Assembly: GCA_973895155.1 (NCBI GenBank)
Contig: OZ316897.1
Span: forward strand, 5,593,327-5,657,326
DNA length: 64,000 nt
Direction of reading: 5' to 3'
Source: Marsupella aquatica
Taxonomy: Eukaryota; Plantae; Marchantiophyta
How positions within the stretch are numbered: position 1 is the stretch's first letter; the number at the start of each line of letters is the position of its first letter. The translations under genes were made by a program, and so were the position numbers. This document shows, in pieces, positions 36,540-47,633 of the stretch. The notes under the pieces are model-generated. The model did not search any database. It saw nothing but the letters and a program-made list of their open reading frames with translations, and was not told where the DNA came from.

Positions 36540-38413
36540 CTATGTCCTCAAAGAAACTATGGACCTAGAGAGCCCTATGGACCTAGAGAGCCCTGAAAGA
36601 TTTTCCAAACCTATTCTCCTTTCCCTATCCACCGCAAAGATATATCTTCCAAGTTGTTGAGGGGGCAGACCAAACAATGCATACAAATCTTTCACCAAGA
36701 TTTGAGATGCCATCCTAACCCCCTCATAAAACTTGCAAGCAATGAATACATGATATTCATTCTCTATACTAGAGCTATCACATAGTTGACAAACCCTCTT
36801 TTTCCTGTCAATATCCTTCCATCTCCCTTGTTCTACTTCAAGGTGGTGTGAGCTTAGTCTATACTGAGCAATAAGTTGTCTAAGTTGTACTGAGATAGTG
36901 CTAGATAAGTATTCTTGTTCTCGATATTTCTTCATGGGGTTCACATCTCTCATGTAGTATTGCTGCCGTGGGCTAGGTTCATGCCAAAGTTTGTGCAAAG
37001 CCTTTTGCTCAAGTTTTGCTCTTAGCTTGGTTGGGTGTGTTGGCCATTCATGTTCAGGAAAATCCCAAGCATGGGCCCACCTGCACACATCTGCATACCA
37101 CCCTTTAGCTGAAGATGAGCGCAAGGCATGAAAAGGAAATCTGGTTTCCTCCAACTCTCTTACACGCATGATGTATTTGAGTGTGTGGAAGAGTGTCTCC
37201 ACCTCCAAAGGAAACAAGCCTGCCTCTGCAAGTGTAAGTGCATATGGGGTTTGTGACTTGATCCCAAGCTCCATCTCAAGAAATAGCTTTTGCAGCCCCT
37301 CAATCTGTTGCCACCCAGATTTAGACACACCTGCTCCCCAAATTGGTGCTCCATAAAGAATGACTGGTTTCACCAAAGCTCCAAAGAGATGTTTCCTTAA
37401 CCTCCAAGTGTGTAGACCAGCTCTTTTGCATTTGTTCATGAATGCATAAAAAGCTATGTACCCATTGGCAGCCCTAGATTTTACACATGAGGCCCAACTC
37501 AAGTTTTGAGAGAACTCCACCCCAAGGTATTTGTAGGTCCTCACAAATTCCACCAGATTCCCTTGGAAGTAGAGCTCTGGATTTTGTCGTGTGCCAATGC
37601 CCAAACACTTGGTCTTCTTGAGGTTGACTACCATCCCTGTTGCTTGACAAAACTCCTCCAAGGCATTGAGATGTCTTTGCAAAGCTTCTTGAGCATGAGC
37701 AAGTAGGACCACATCATCTGCAAATATAAGAAGTTGGAGGACAAACCTACCCAATTGAGTGCCCACTCCACCATGCTCCTCCAAAATGTTGTGTAGCTGA
37801 TCAATGAAGATGCCAAAGAGAGTTGGTGAGAGAGGACAACCTTGGATCACCCCAAGAGTGCTCCAGATTTCTTCAGAGGTTTCCTTTGAAAGTTTGATGT
37901 GCACTTCTTGGTACAATTTAGAAACAGCCAACCTGAGCTCTTCAGGCACTTCCAACTCCACCATCCTATCCCAAAGCTTGGATCGGGAAACTTTGTCAAA
38001 GGCCTTGGAGAAGTCCACAAACAAGCAAAATAATGGTTTATGTGGAGATTTGGCCTTTTCACACAACACCCTCAAGCAGAGAATGTGATCCATAGTGCTG
38101 AATTCTCTCCTAAAACCTGCTTGTGAAGGTGCCCTTTTCATCTCACTCTCCAACCAAGAGCTTAATCTGGCTTCAAGTAGTCCTCCCAAAACTTTAGCAA
38201 AAGTATTGCCTACCATGATGGTTCTGTAGTTGTGCACATCGTCCTTGTTGCCTGCCTTGAAGATAGGCACCACTCTTCTGGTCATCCAAGCTTTAGGTAA
38301 ACCTAAAGCCATTGCTTGATTCAGCTCATGCACCAAGTTTGTTAGTAAAGAGGGTCCTCCCCACAAAAGAAGCTCCAAGTTCAGGCCCAACAGATCTTTA
38401 GCTTTCCCATGTT
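36540..38413 (-). CDS. LINE ORF2 RT plus C-terminal zinc motif (separated from APE by the inversion)
   Basis: Open frame with RT motifs and RVCQLC..ENEYHVFIAC. Confidence 0.88.
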
Positions 38414-39080
38414 AGCTCCCAAGAATGAGAATGTCAAGCAAAAGAGGTTGATTAGTGATCTTCGATCTCAAACTCAGGAGAATGGTAAGCAACTCTCATT
38501 GCTTGCATCGTGTTTTGGAGACATGGAGAAGAGTATGTGCCCAGAGAAATCAGTGATACATGAGGCTGTAGGGGAGATTGAGGAGAAGCTCAAAACCTTT
38601 GCACAGGCTGCAAAACAATCACATATGGAATTTGTCCAAGCCAAGGAGGAGGAGAGGAGAGCACTAGAGGAAGAACACAAGAACCAGCATGCAAGAGTCA
38701 GCAACTGCAAAATATCAGGCCTTGTTGAGGAGGAGAAGGAAGACACCAAGAAGGTAGCAATTTCATTCTTCCAATCTCAGATGAAAGTGCATGACCCTAT
38801 CATTTTGCAAGCATATAGGATTGGGCAAAAGAAGGGGGACCTTCCACGTCCAATCTTGGTGAAGTTTGCAGCTGAATCCAAGAAAGCTAGAGTGATGGCT
38901 AACAGGAGCATGCTTAAAGGGCTAAGGATTTGGTTGGATGATGATCTGACTCCCACACAAGTCCAAGCAAGGAAAATTGAGCTTGAGAAGGTGAGGGTAG
39001 CCAAAGACCAAGGATTGGTAGCCTACTTGCGCAATGGACAAGCTGTTGTTACCAATAAGAAGAGAGTTGTTTCTAAATGA
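38414..39080 (+). CDS. LINE ORF1 (5'-truncated; coiled coil plus RRM-like/C-terminal domain)
   Basis: NCKISGLVE..AYRIG..PRPILVKF..LKG..IWLDDDLT pattern typical of LINE ORF1. Confidence 0.8.
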
Positions 39081-39101
39081 TGGATTGGGACCTTGAGAGT
39101 C

Positions 39102-40313
39102 ATGGCATGGAATGTTTCAGGACTTTCCATAGAAACAGCAATTGGAGGGGAACCTTTGTTTGAGAATTTTGACATCTTGCTTTTCACGGAGACTTGGGAA
39201 TATGAGGGAAATGCTCTACCTAGCATTAAAGGCTTTACTTGCATACAATCCATCTTCAATGAGAAGAAGACCACACGGGGAAGAGGGTTTGGAGGCATTG
39301 CTGTCTACACCAAGAATCAACTTCAACACATCACCTCTATTGAGCATGAAGATCCCAGCAAGCAGTTCATGGTGGTGAGACTTCATACCAGAGGTACTCC
39401 ATCATTTCTGATTGTCACCTACTTTGCTCCCCTTAATATGAATGTCTATAAGATGGGAATTGCTGATGCACAGTATCCATTTCATAGGTTAATCCAAGTC
39501 ATTCATGATATATCACCACTAGGGGAGACATGGATAGTGGGGGACTTTAATGCCAGGGTATCTAATGAACAATTTACTGAAAGTGAGGACTTAGGAACTT
39601 TACCTTGGTCATCATGTAGTGAAGAGATACCTTGGGTGAGAGAGGCTCTTGACACCAGAACAAATGACATGACACGTCACTTTTTGCATTTGGGAGCTTC
39701 TTGTAATCTAAGAATATTGAATGGGCTTGAGAGATTTCCCCAATCATCTGGTTACACTTTTAGATCTAAACAAGGATGTAGTACCATTGATTACCTTCTT
39801 GCCTCACCTACCTCTGCCACTAGAATGGTTAACTTTCAAATACTTGATCAACAACCAGAGTCTTCACACTTGCCTTTGTTGTTCCATCTTGACCTGACCA
39901 CAATCCCAAACAAAGTGCATAGAAAGCCAGTACCCAAACCTCTGTTTCTAGACCCTGATAGAGAAGTCATCTTCAAAGCCAACTTTGAACATCTTCTCCA
40001 TACCCTGGATGATCAGATTGAGCTCTCAGAAGTCATAGCACAAGCAGCAGCCTCTACTTTCTCCACCAAACCCCCTAGAAAGCAAAACATGAAGGCTTGG
40101 TTTGACGAGGATTGTGCTAGAGCAAGGATGCAAGCAAGATCACATTCAGGGGAAAAGAGACTTTTGGCATTCACTATGTACAAGAACTTCATCAAACACA
40201 AGAAGAGGTGCTTCTTGAAGAGTCATCAACAATCACTATGTGAGGAGTTCATCAAACATCCAAAACATTTTTGGGAGAGAATGCAATCAGGCAAGACTAC
40301 TCCCCCCTTGGAT
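39102..40313 (+). CDS. LINE ORF2 N-terminus: apurinic endonuclease plus linker
   Basis: AWNVSG, LFTETW, GFGGIAVY, VGDFNAR, STIDY, SSHLPL. Confidence 0.9.
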
Positions 40314-41407
40314 TCGAGCCAGCAGTAAGGTTGCTTCCAGTCCGCAGCAGCAAGTCCAGGACAGCAGCTTCAAGTTCAAGTAGCAGCGAGTAGCAGGATC
40401 AAATTTTCTTCAGCAACATCAAGCTTTAGTGAAGTAGGACCAGGACTTCTCAATAGCGCAGCAGCCATAACGAGTTCAATGGCAGCACAACACCACTCTC
40501 TTCAGCAGCGAGTTCCCCAACAGCGGACTCCAACAATACAAAGCTTGAGGCAATTACCAACAATTTCCCCATTAGCAACCAAGCTTCAATTGCAGCGGCA
40601 CGAAATTGAATCTTTTGCCACCACTAGATTGCCCGGGGGATGAGATTTTCTTATCCCAAGAGTTCCTTCCAACACCACAGAGTTTCTCCCGGTAGCTCAA
40701 TTCAATTCATGCCTGGTAATTTCTGTGGTTCCTCCGCTTCTCCCGAGTCAATTCACATTGTCCTTATAGAAGGATGTTCGTTTCCCTTAATTACACCCTT
40801 GAATTTCTGCCTGATTGTTGCTGCTCCTTCCTTGGCTTCTACGTAGATTGTCCCTGCATTTTGTATCCTTATGAGAAGGACTCCCATGATGACACCTGGC
40901 TCCTAGACAAACTCCCGTAGCACTACTTGCTTTGTACTCAGAACTCGCCCCTACTTCTATGGTATCCCGTCTTAAGTGTACTTATAACAAAGCTCCAGTT
41001 TCATAAATCTCCAGCATTGTGCCCTGCCCTCCATTTTGTCTGAAATTTTGCCAGTGTGTCCCTTGAACCTAAGACTATCTACTTACTGGATTTCCAGGTC
41101 TAACTCTATTTGGAGACTTTTCTATAATTCTGCAGAGTAGACCATTTGTTACTTTCTACTTTTACTTCTTGAGATTTCCTAACCTATCCTAATTCAACTA
41201 GACTTTAACTAAGACCTTCCTAACTATCCCTACTTAATCTCCTTGACCCATTGTGCATCAGTTTACTTACTTTAACCTTACGTCTACTTCTAACTGGGGT
41301 TACTTCTAACTATAGTTAGTCCATTTTTAACTTTAGTTAAAACTACTACCTAATTTGGCATCCGACATCCCCCGTATGGAGTATCGCAATAATTCCGTCA
41401 TCCGACA
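40314..41407 (-). mobile_element. Probable LTR fragment
   Basis: Non-coding, strand-skewed; minus strand begins TGTCGGATG at 41407 and again at 41367 after GGGGGA; no partner LTR in window. Confidence 0.35.
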
Positions 41408-42100
41408 AAAAAGGATCCATTGCCCAGAAAAAGGATCAGGGTAGGGTACAGTCGGGGACGTTCCATTTAGGGACCTTTTTGTCAAGCAAAGTCGGTTTTA
41501 GCCCAGTTGGCAAGTAAATAAAACCAGCGTCAACACCAAAAGGTCTTTGCTTCCCACCCCTCACCACTCCTTTCAGCCGGCATCCCAGATTTGATCAGGT
41601 CTTTCCCCCACTTTTCGGCATCATTTACCCATTCCGGCTTCTCCTCCTTATTAAACACACTGTCCACAAGTTCACTGACATTGGTCTCAACGAAACAATG
41701 ACGAGATGACTTGGCTTCAAAATCCCCAACATCACGTTGGAGCCCAGTGAGAGCCTGAGAATCCCGTTATGATTGTCCAGCATCTCGAGTCCTTCTGCTT
41801 TTCTTTTTTGTACTGGTTGCATCAACTGGGACAATCGATTTCCTAGAATTAACTGGTGTAAGTGGATCTGGCAAAGCGCCAGTATTTGCTTCTGAAGCTT
41901 CTGGGGTAACCTTCGTATCATCTGTGCCATCTGCATCTGACTTCTTTTGACCTATGAACATATTGCAAAGAATGTGGGATTAGGGCCTTCAAGCAAACAC
42001 TGATGAAGATTGAAACACAAGAATGGTAGTGCCAGGCGCTAGCAAACATTTGAAAAAAAGATTGAAAACTTACGTTTCTTTCCAGATCGCGTGGAGGCAC
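41408..42100 (-). pseudogene. Spliced gene fragment, probably from the MULE-like family
   Basis: GTAAGT donor near 42073; intron carries the family palindrome (42027-42041); charged reading frame with stops. Confidence 0.4.
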
Positions 42101-42709
42101 TGTGATGCCTAGCCAGGAATCACTCGGCCAGTTAAGTGGGTAAAGCAGGAATGCACCCTAGAAACACCTTAGTATAGGGACAAAACAAGGAAAATATAAA
42201 CAATTAGGGGCGACTATGGAACCCGGGCCGAGGCCGGAGGTAAGGACGCTGGGGGTGAAAACAAGATTAGGGTTAGGGCGCGCTAAGCATCGGCAGCTAG
42301 GAAGGATCAACGGAAGGAAGGACCGGAAGAGGAGAGGGGTAAGGACCGCTCGCGAGGAATAGTGGCTCATTTGCAAGAACGAACTGGGCAGACGACTACG
42401 GGAGGCCAAATGCTGTCAGCTGCTTAGACAAGCACTCGGGGTGGGAACAGATACCAACGATCGACTCAAGGAGGGTATGAGCAACGTCAATCAAGCGGCA
42501 CATTTCTGGGGATGCCTGTTCGAACGGGCAACTGAGTACATCAAGACTTACGAGGACGAAGAATCAGAAAGGGTAGCTCGAGAATGACAGGAGCTCGCTT
42601 GATTGTGGGAGCAGCAGAAGACGGCTTTCTTAGGAGGCGAACTCATCAAGGACGAGTTCTTGTGGACTCCTACTTCCAATCAGCTCGATGATCTTCTATT
42701 TTGCGAAGA
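42101..42709 (+). mobile_element. 5' part of an older LTR of the giant-LTR Gypsy family, interrupted by a younger copy
   Basis: Colinear with 42710-43318, with stops in the LTR ORF; starts TGTGATGCC. Confidence 0.9.
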
Positions 42710-42824
42710 TGTGATGCCTAGACAGGAATCACTCGGCCAGTTAAGTGGGTAAAGCAGGAAGGCACCCTAGGAACACCTTAGTATAGGGACAAAAAAAGGA
42801 AAATATAAACCATTAGGGGCAACC

Positions 42825-45800
42825 ATGGAACCCGGGCCGAGGCCGGAGGTAAGGACGCTGAGGGTGAAAACTCGATTAGGGTTAGGGCGCATTAAGCGTC
42901 GGCGGCTAGGAAGGATCAACGGGAAGAAGGACCGGCAGAGGAGAGGGGTAAGGAGCGCTTGCAGGAGATGGTGGCTCATTTGCGAGCACGAACTAGGCAG
43001 ACGACTACGGGAGGCCAACTACTGTCAGCTGCTTAGGCAAGCACTCGGGGGGAGAGTAGATACCAACGATCGACCTAAGGAGGGTATGAGCAACGTCAAT
43101 CAAGCGGCACATTTCTGGGGATGCCTGTTCGAACGGGCAACTGAGTACATCAAGACTTACGAGGACGAGGAATCAGAAAGGGCAGCTCGAGAACGGCAGG
43201 AGCTCGCTCGATTGTGGGAGCTGCAGAAGACGGCTTTCTTAGGAGGCGAACTCATCAAGGACGAGTTCCTGTGGACGCCTACCTCCAATCAACTCGACGA
43301 TCTTCTGTTTTGCAAAGACAGCGTCGTCGGCATCCGAGAGACCATCAAGAACTACAACGACATACACTGGGAATTAAAGGGTAGCACGGAAAGGTGGACC
43401 CAGGCAACGGTGCTAGGAGAAACCTCCACGGCAGCAGAGATGAAGAGGAAGGGAGCCGTCAATGATGAAGCCACCCCGGCAAAAAGAACGAGGTCGGCGG
43501 CACCAAAGAAGCCAGCCGAGCAGCAGAGCAGGAGGCAGGGAGAAGCCGAAGAGGAGGAGGTCGATCCCATCAAGGCCATTCCAACCAGGGATGACACCTG
43601 GAAGGGCTGGGCGGCAACCCTACCGGTGGAGGTGCAACTACATTTTGCACGGGAGGAGGATGCATGCTTTACGGCCATGCAGACCAAGAAGTACCAAGGC
43701 TTCATGGCCGGATCCGGCTTAGAGGCCTTTGTAAGATTACCATGGCTGAAGCCGGAGGTACCGGAGTCAGACCTATTAGAATTCGTGGGGTCATGGGAAC
43801 CCGAGACCAATTGCACGAGGATATATGGGAAGGATTTCTATCTTACTCCCAAGGTAATTGCCGAAGTGTTTGGCTTGCCGATAGGCAATAAGACCAAAGT
43901 TGATACCAGGAAGACCTTGCCTGACAAGGAGTTCCGGTCGTTCCCCGGGCCATCAACGAAGAATGGCTTCTTCCGGAACACCTGCACCAACCCGCACATA
44001 GGAGAGATGATCGACTTCTTGCGGGTGACCATGCATTGTAACTTGCCGAGGGCAGAGATCGGCAAGGCACAGGTCTATCTGGCAGAAAGGCCAGACCCAA
44101 GCCGGGACTACAACGGGTACCTCCTCAACCAATTGAAGAAGATCTTAAAGGAGGAGCAGCAGGTAATCGGCATGGGGAGCGTGTCGCGGCTTGGCTATCA
44201 CATGCCGCTGTTGTGCCGGTATGCCAGAGGTCAGACTTTTGCCCCAGTACTTCCCCTGCAGGTAAGGGCACCCGAGGAAGCTCCAACACCGAGGCCGTTG
44301 GCTGAGAAGCCTCAACCACCTGTTAGCCCTACGATCGAGCAGGTGTTTAGGCCCAGGAAGGAGGACTTGCCGATGCAGCAACCAGGCATGCAGAGTCTGC
44401 TGAAACTACTGGAGAAAGAAAAGAAATTGGTATCGGCAACAACAACGGCAACGGCAACAATGCAGGACACTACTACAGAGGTAGGCCTACACCGGCTCAC
44501 AAGAGAAAACCCCTTTGCTGGAGACAAGGAGAGAATCAAGCCGGAATCCAAGCCAGGTGTTCGAATGTATGTGGGAATCTCAAGCTCCGAATCTGAGGCA
44601 GAATTGCCTGAAGCTCCTACCGACGAAGAGGAGAGGGAGAAGCCGGACGTCCAAGAAGTAGAGGAGGCAGTGGAGGACTGCAGCCATGATAATTCCGGCT
44701 ATGGGTCGGACCATCACGTTCCAGGAGTAAGGACCTGTGGCTGGTTTGTCCCCACACTTCCAAGGGTAGTGCGAGGGGACCCCAACCAGCAGAGTAGCCC
44801 TGAGTCTCCCCCACCAGATGTTGCTCCCCCGAGCTTCGACGACATAAAACAGACGGTGCAGGAATTTCAGGAGCGAATCAGGCAGGAAGAGGAGGCAGCC
44901 CTGGCTAGGGAAAAGGATTTACCAGGAGGAGATTGGCCGGAGGACATCAGGCGGCTAGCCAAAAAAGGAAGCAAACCTCTAGCCACGATTGAAGAGATCC
45001 GCAAGACGGCTTGGGAGCAGAGGCCGCGATGGGCGATGCCAATCACTTCTACTTACTTCACCTACGCTAAGAATAGAGCCATGGAGTATGGTGAGATGTG
45101 TGGGGAACTTGCGCTCGGCATCTTTGGAGAGGAGTTGGAGGTAGGACCCTTTTTCCATAGGGAGCAGTTGGAGAAGCACCAATTAGAAGAAGCGGTGGCT
45201 TTAGAGAGAAGCAAGAAGGACGAGGTCATTTGGCGGCTTAGGAGGATGGAAGCCGAGATTGAAGATCTAAGGGCGACCAAGAAAGCCCAAGATGAACTGC
45301 GGATTAAACGGCATGAGCTGAACATCATGCAGGGGCAGTTGGACACCGCGCAGGCTGATAATCAGAATATCAAGGATAAACTGACTCAGACGCAGGGAGA
45401 GTTGGCCGACACGATCAAAGAGAGGGAGAAGTGGAAGCAAGAGCTGAAGAATACAGAGGAGGCCCACATAATAGCCAACAGCCAGGCCATGGCGGAGACC
45501 CAAAGAAAGGAATGGGCGTTGAAGGGGGAGCTCAAGAAAATCCGCGAAGCCCTTGAGCAGAAGGAGGCCGAGTTAGGGAAATCCTACCAAGGGATTATGG
45601 TGCTGCAGCAGGAGCTTGCGTCCCTGACGGCCAGCTTCAAGGCCGACCTAAGGGAGAAGGACGAGATGCTCGATCAGACTTACGCCAAGATGAACCAGAT
45701 GGAGTCTGTCATCATTGCAGAGCTCGACAAGGAGCTAAGAGCAACCCGGGAGGAGAGGACTACCTTGAAACAAGAACGGGAGGAAGCCCAGAAGGAACTA

Positions 45801-46460
45801 GAGGAGGCGCGCAAGGACCTGGATGAGACCCAGGAGGAGTTGGAGGAAATCACGAGGAAGATGGAGAACCTCCAGCGGCGGGCCAACAACCAAACGGAGC
45901 GGCTAAAGAAACAAGCCGCAATATTTAAGTGCTTGTCTTCATCAGGCCCAACTCCAATTGGGGCAACCAAGTTACCAGGAGTGGTACTGGCCGAAGAAAA
46001 AGCCGCGCCACCTGCACCAGTGCCGGAAGTAAGTGGGAAGGGGAAGGGACCAGCTGCCGAACCAGAAAAGAAGAAAAAGCGGAAACCTTCAGGGTCAAAG
46101 AGTAATCCGACTCCACAAGCCGTGGTGACCAAGGAGGTAGAACCAGCACCATCCTCCGGCATGAATACGGCAATAGATCCCGCTATCATCACAGGTGGGG
46201 GAGGTGCGGCCCAAGCCGAACTACTCAGTAATGAGGCCGGTATTCCAGATCCGCCTCTTGAGCAGGCCGGGGAGACCGTAGCCGAGGCTGAGGCCGTAAC
46301 CGATTCCCGAGCCGATGCCGACGCCGATGGTGGACCCAGTCAGGCCGATGGAGAGTTGACTCAGTCAAGGGCAGGTAATCTGTCAGAGAATGAACCTACG
46401 GCAGTGGCTGAGGAGGAAGCGTTGGGGGCGTCCATTAAGGATCCTCCACCGGTGTCGTGA
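42825..46460 (+). CDS. LTR-encoded protein: Transposase_32/plant-mobile-domain-like region plus long coiled coil (likely true start ATG 43086)
   Basis: Intact 1211-codon frame inside the 5' LTR; GLEAFV..LLEFVGSW..RIYGKDFYLTPKVIAEVFGLP; heptad-rich E/K/Q/L region. Confidence 0.8.
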   Translation: MEPGPRPEVRTLRVKTRLGLGRIKRRRLGRINGKKDRQRRGVRSACRRWWLICEHELGRRLREANYCQLLRQALGGRVDTNDRPKEGMSNVNQAAHFWGCLFERATEYIKTYEDEESERAARERQELARLWELQKTAFLGGELIKDEFLWTPTSNQLDDLLFCKDSVVGIRETIKNYNDIHWELKGSTERWTQATVLGETSTAAEMKRKGAVNDEATPAKRTRSAAPKKPAEQQSRRQGEAEEEEVDPIKAIPTRDDTWKGWAATLPVEVQLHFAREEDACFTAMQTKKYQGFMAGSGLEAFVRLPWLKPEVPESDLLEFVGSWEPETNCTRIYGKDFYLTPKVIAEVFGLPIGNKTKVDTRKTLPDKEFRSFPGPSTKNGFFRNTCTNPHIGEMIDFLRVTMHCNLPRAEIGKAQVYLAERPDPSRDYNGYLLNQLKKILKEEQQVIGMGSVSRLGYHMPLLCRYARGQTFAPVLPLQVRAPEEAPTPRPLAEKPQPPVSPTIEQVFRPRKEDLPMQQPGMQSLLKLLEKEKKLVSATTTATATMQDTTTEVGLHRLTRENPFAGDKERIKPESKPGVRMYVGISSSESEAELPEAPTDEEEREKPDVQEVEEAVEDCSHDNSGYGSDHHVPGVRTCGWFVPTLPRVVRGDPNQQSSPESPPPDVAPPSFDDIKQTVQEFQERIRQEEEAALAREKDLPGGDWPEDIRRLAKKGSKPLATIEEIRKTAWEQRPRWAMPITSTYFTYAKNRAMEYGEMCGELALGIFGEELEVGPFFHREQLEKHQLEEAVALERSKKDEVIWRLRRMEAEIEDLRATKKAQDELRIKRHELNIMQGQLDTAQADNQNIKDKLTQTQGELADTIKEREKWKQELKNTEEAHIIANSQAMAETQRKEWALKGELKKIREALEQKEAELGKSYQGIMVLQQELASLTASFKADLREKDEMLDQTYAKMNQMESVIIAELDKELRATREERTTLKQEREEAQKELEEARKDLDETQEELEEITRKMENLQRRANNQTERLKKQAAIFKCLSSSGPTPIGATKLPGVVLAEEKAAPPAPVPEVSGKGKGPAAEPEKKKKRKPSGSKSNPTPQAVVTKEVEPAPSSGMNTAIDPAIITGGGGAAQAELLSNEAGIPDPPLEQAGETVAEAEAVTDSRADADADGGPSQADGELTQSRAGNLSENEPTAVAEEEALGASIKDPPPVS

Positions 46461-47633
46461 TGGTGCAAGGGCGCCGTTCCTTTTAGGGAGGGCGGACGTG
46501 GAGGGAGGAGGCGTGAGTGGGCAGGGCGGGCGCTGATCTCCAAGTTTAGGATTAGGATCAGGACCAGGAGCGGCCCTGACACTTAGCTTAGTGGGATTGC
46601 GGTTCCACTGGTAGGAGCAACACTTGTGCTCCTGCCTTGCTGTACATAGGTAGATTCGGGCAAGTAAATTACTGTTAGGTAGATTAGGCTTACGATGCAA
46701 AGAATGGCGGATCCACTACCAGGATAAGTACCTGGGCAGCGGGGAGCTCAGGGCCTCTTCTTTAGCAAGTTTTTAGTTTGCACCAGCCGGGCTGGGATCA
46801 AGTAGTACGAGAAGCTCTCGGTTAGTCATACAATGACCCTTGTGTATATTCATGTTTCCTCATGCCTAAGAGCTGAATAGAGTTGGCCTCACGGCTTAGT
46901 TCGTAGAGCTTGTGTATGAGATGTACTGTTTGTATGGCAAGTGCATGGTATGACTCAGTCAGAATGAGTCATTTTGCTATTTGTGTGTCGCATTAACTTG
47001 TGTGAAGAGTGCCCACATCAACCAAAAGGAAGGAAAGTAAGCAGGGGAGTGAGAGTTGGATGTGTCGAGCTGAGAGAGGTCTTAGCGGCTTAACCAAGCC
47101 TATTGGGGATCATTCCGGCGGCGGAATCCAAACATACCTAACAAGACGGAGGGGAAGACAGGGGAAGGCCTAGATTAGGCCGGCTACGTATCTCATGACC
47201 CGATGAAGGATCTGTCCAGTATATGTGTGTAAAATGTTAACAGTAGTAGTAGAAGGTTAGCAGCGTCCCATGCCGCTAAGCCGCGGAAACGGCCTCGCCA
47301 AGCACGAAACCTGCGGGAATCAGCTTGAGCTGGGGGGTTTCTTGGGTTTAGGGAGCCATGGGACGCACCACATTTTTGGCGCTAGATGGAGGGGGCATTT
47401 CTTAAGCCGTGAGATATGAAGTTAGAACGGAAGCGTAGGTAATGACTGACCTTACGCCGAGGGAAGAAAGAGTGATTCAACGGGAGAGAGCTTGACTGCA
47501 ACAGCTCGCCGGGTGGCATGATACACAATGACTGAGAGGGGCAGAAAGAGCTGGTAGCTCCGAAACTGGAAGTGGCATCGAAGAAGACATACCAGAAGAA
47601 GAGTCGGTAAGGAGAAGTGAGTCTCCAACTGAC

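Larger units (their letters stand above)
36411..40313 (-). mobile_element. RTE-X-like LINE copy 5 with inverted 5' segment
   Basis: Tail (GTAATG)n at 36411-36432; RT/C-terminus on minus strand up to 38413; ORF1, APE and linker on plus strand 38414-40313. Confidence 0.92.

Noticed and set aside
38409-38413. ATG start for LINE ORF1
   Set aside because: Lies in the inversion junction and matches the antisense RT segment
42875-42887. Telomere remnant
   Set aside because: Only two TTAGGG units, recurring at the same place in each LTR copy; more likely a promoter telo-box-like motif
42825-46460. Envelope (env) gene
   Set aside because: No signal peptide or transmembrane segment visible; protein is highly charged
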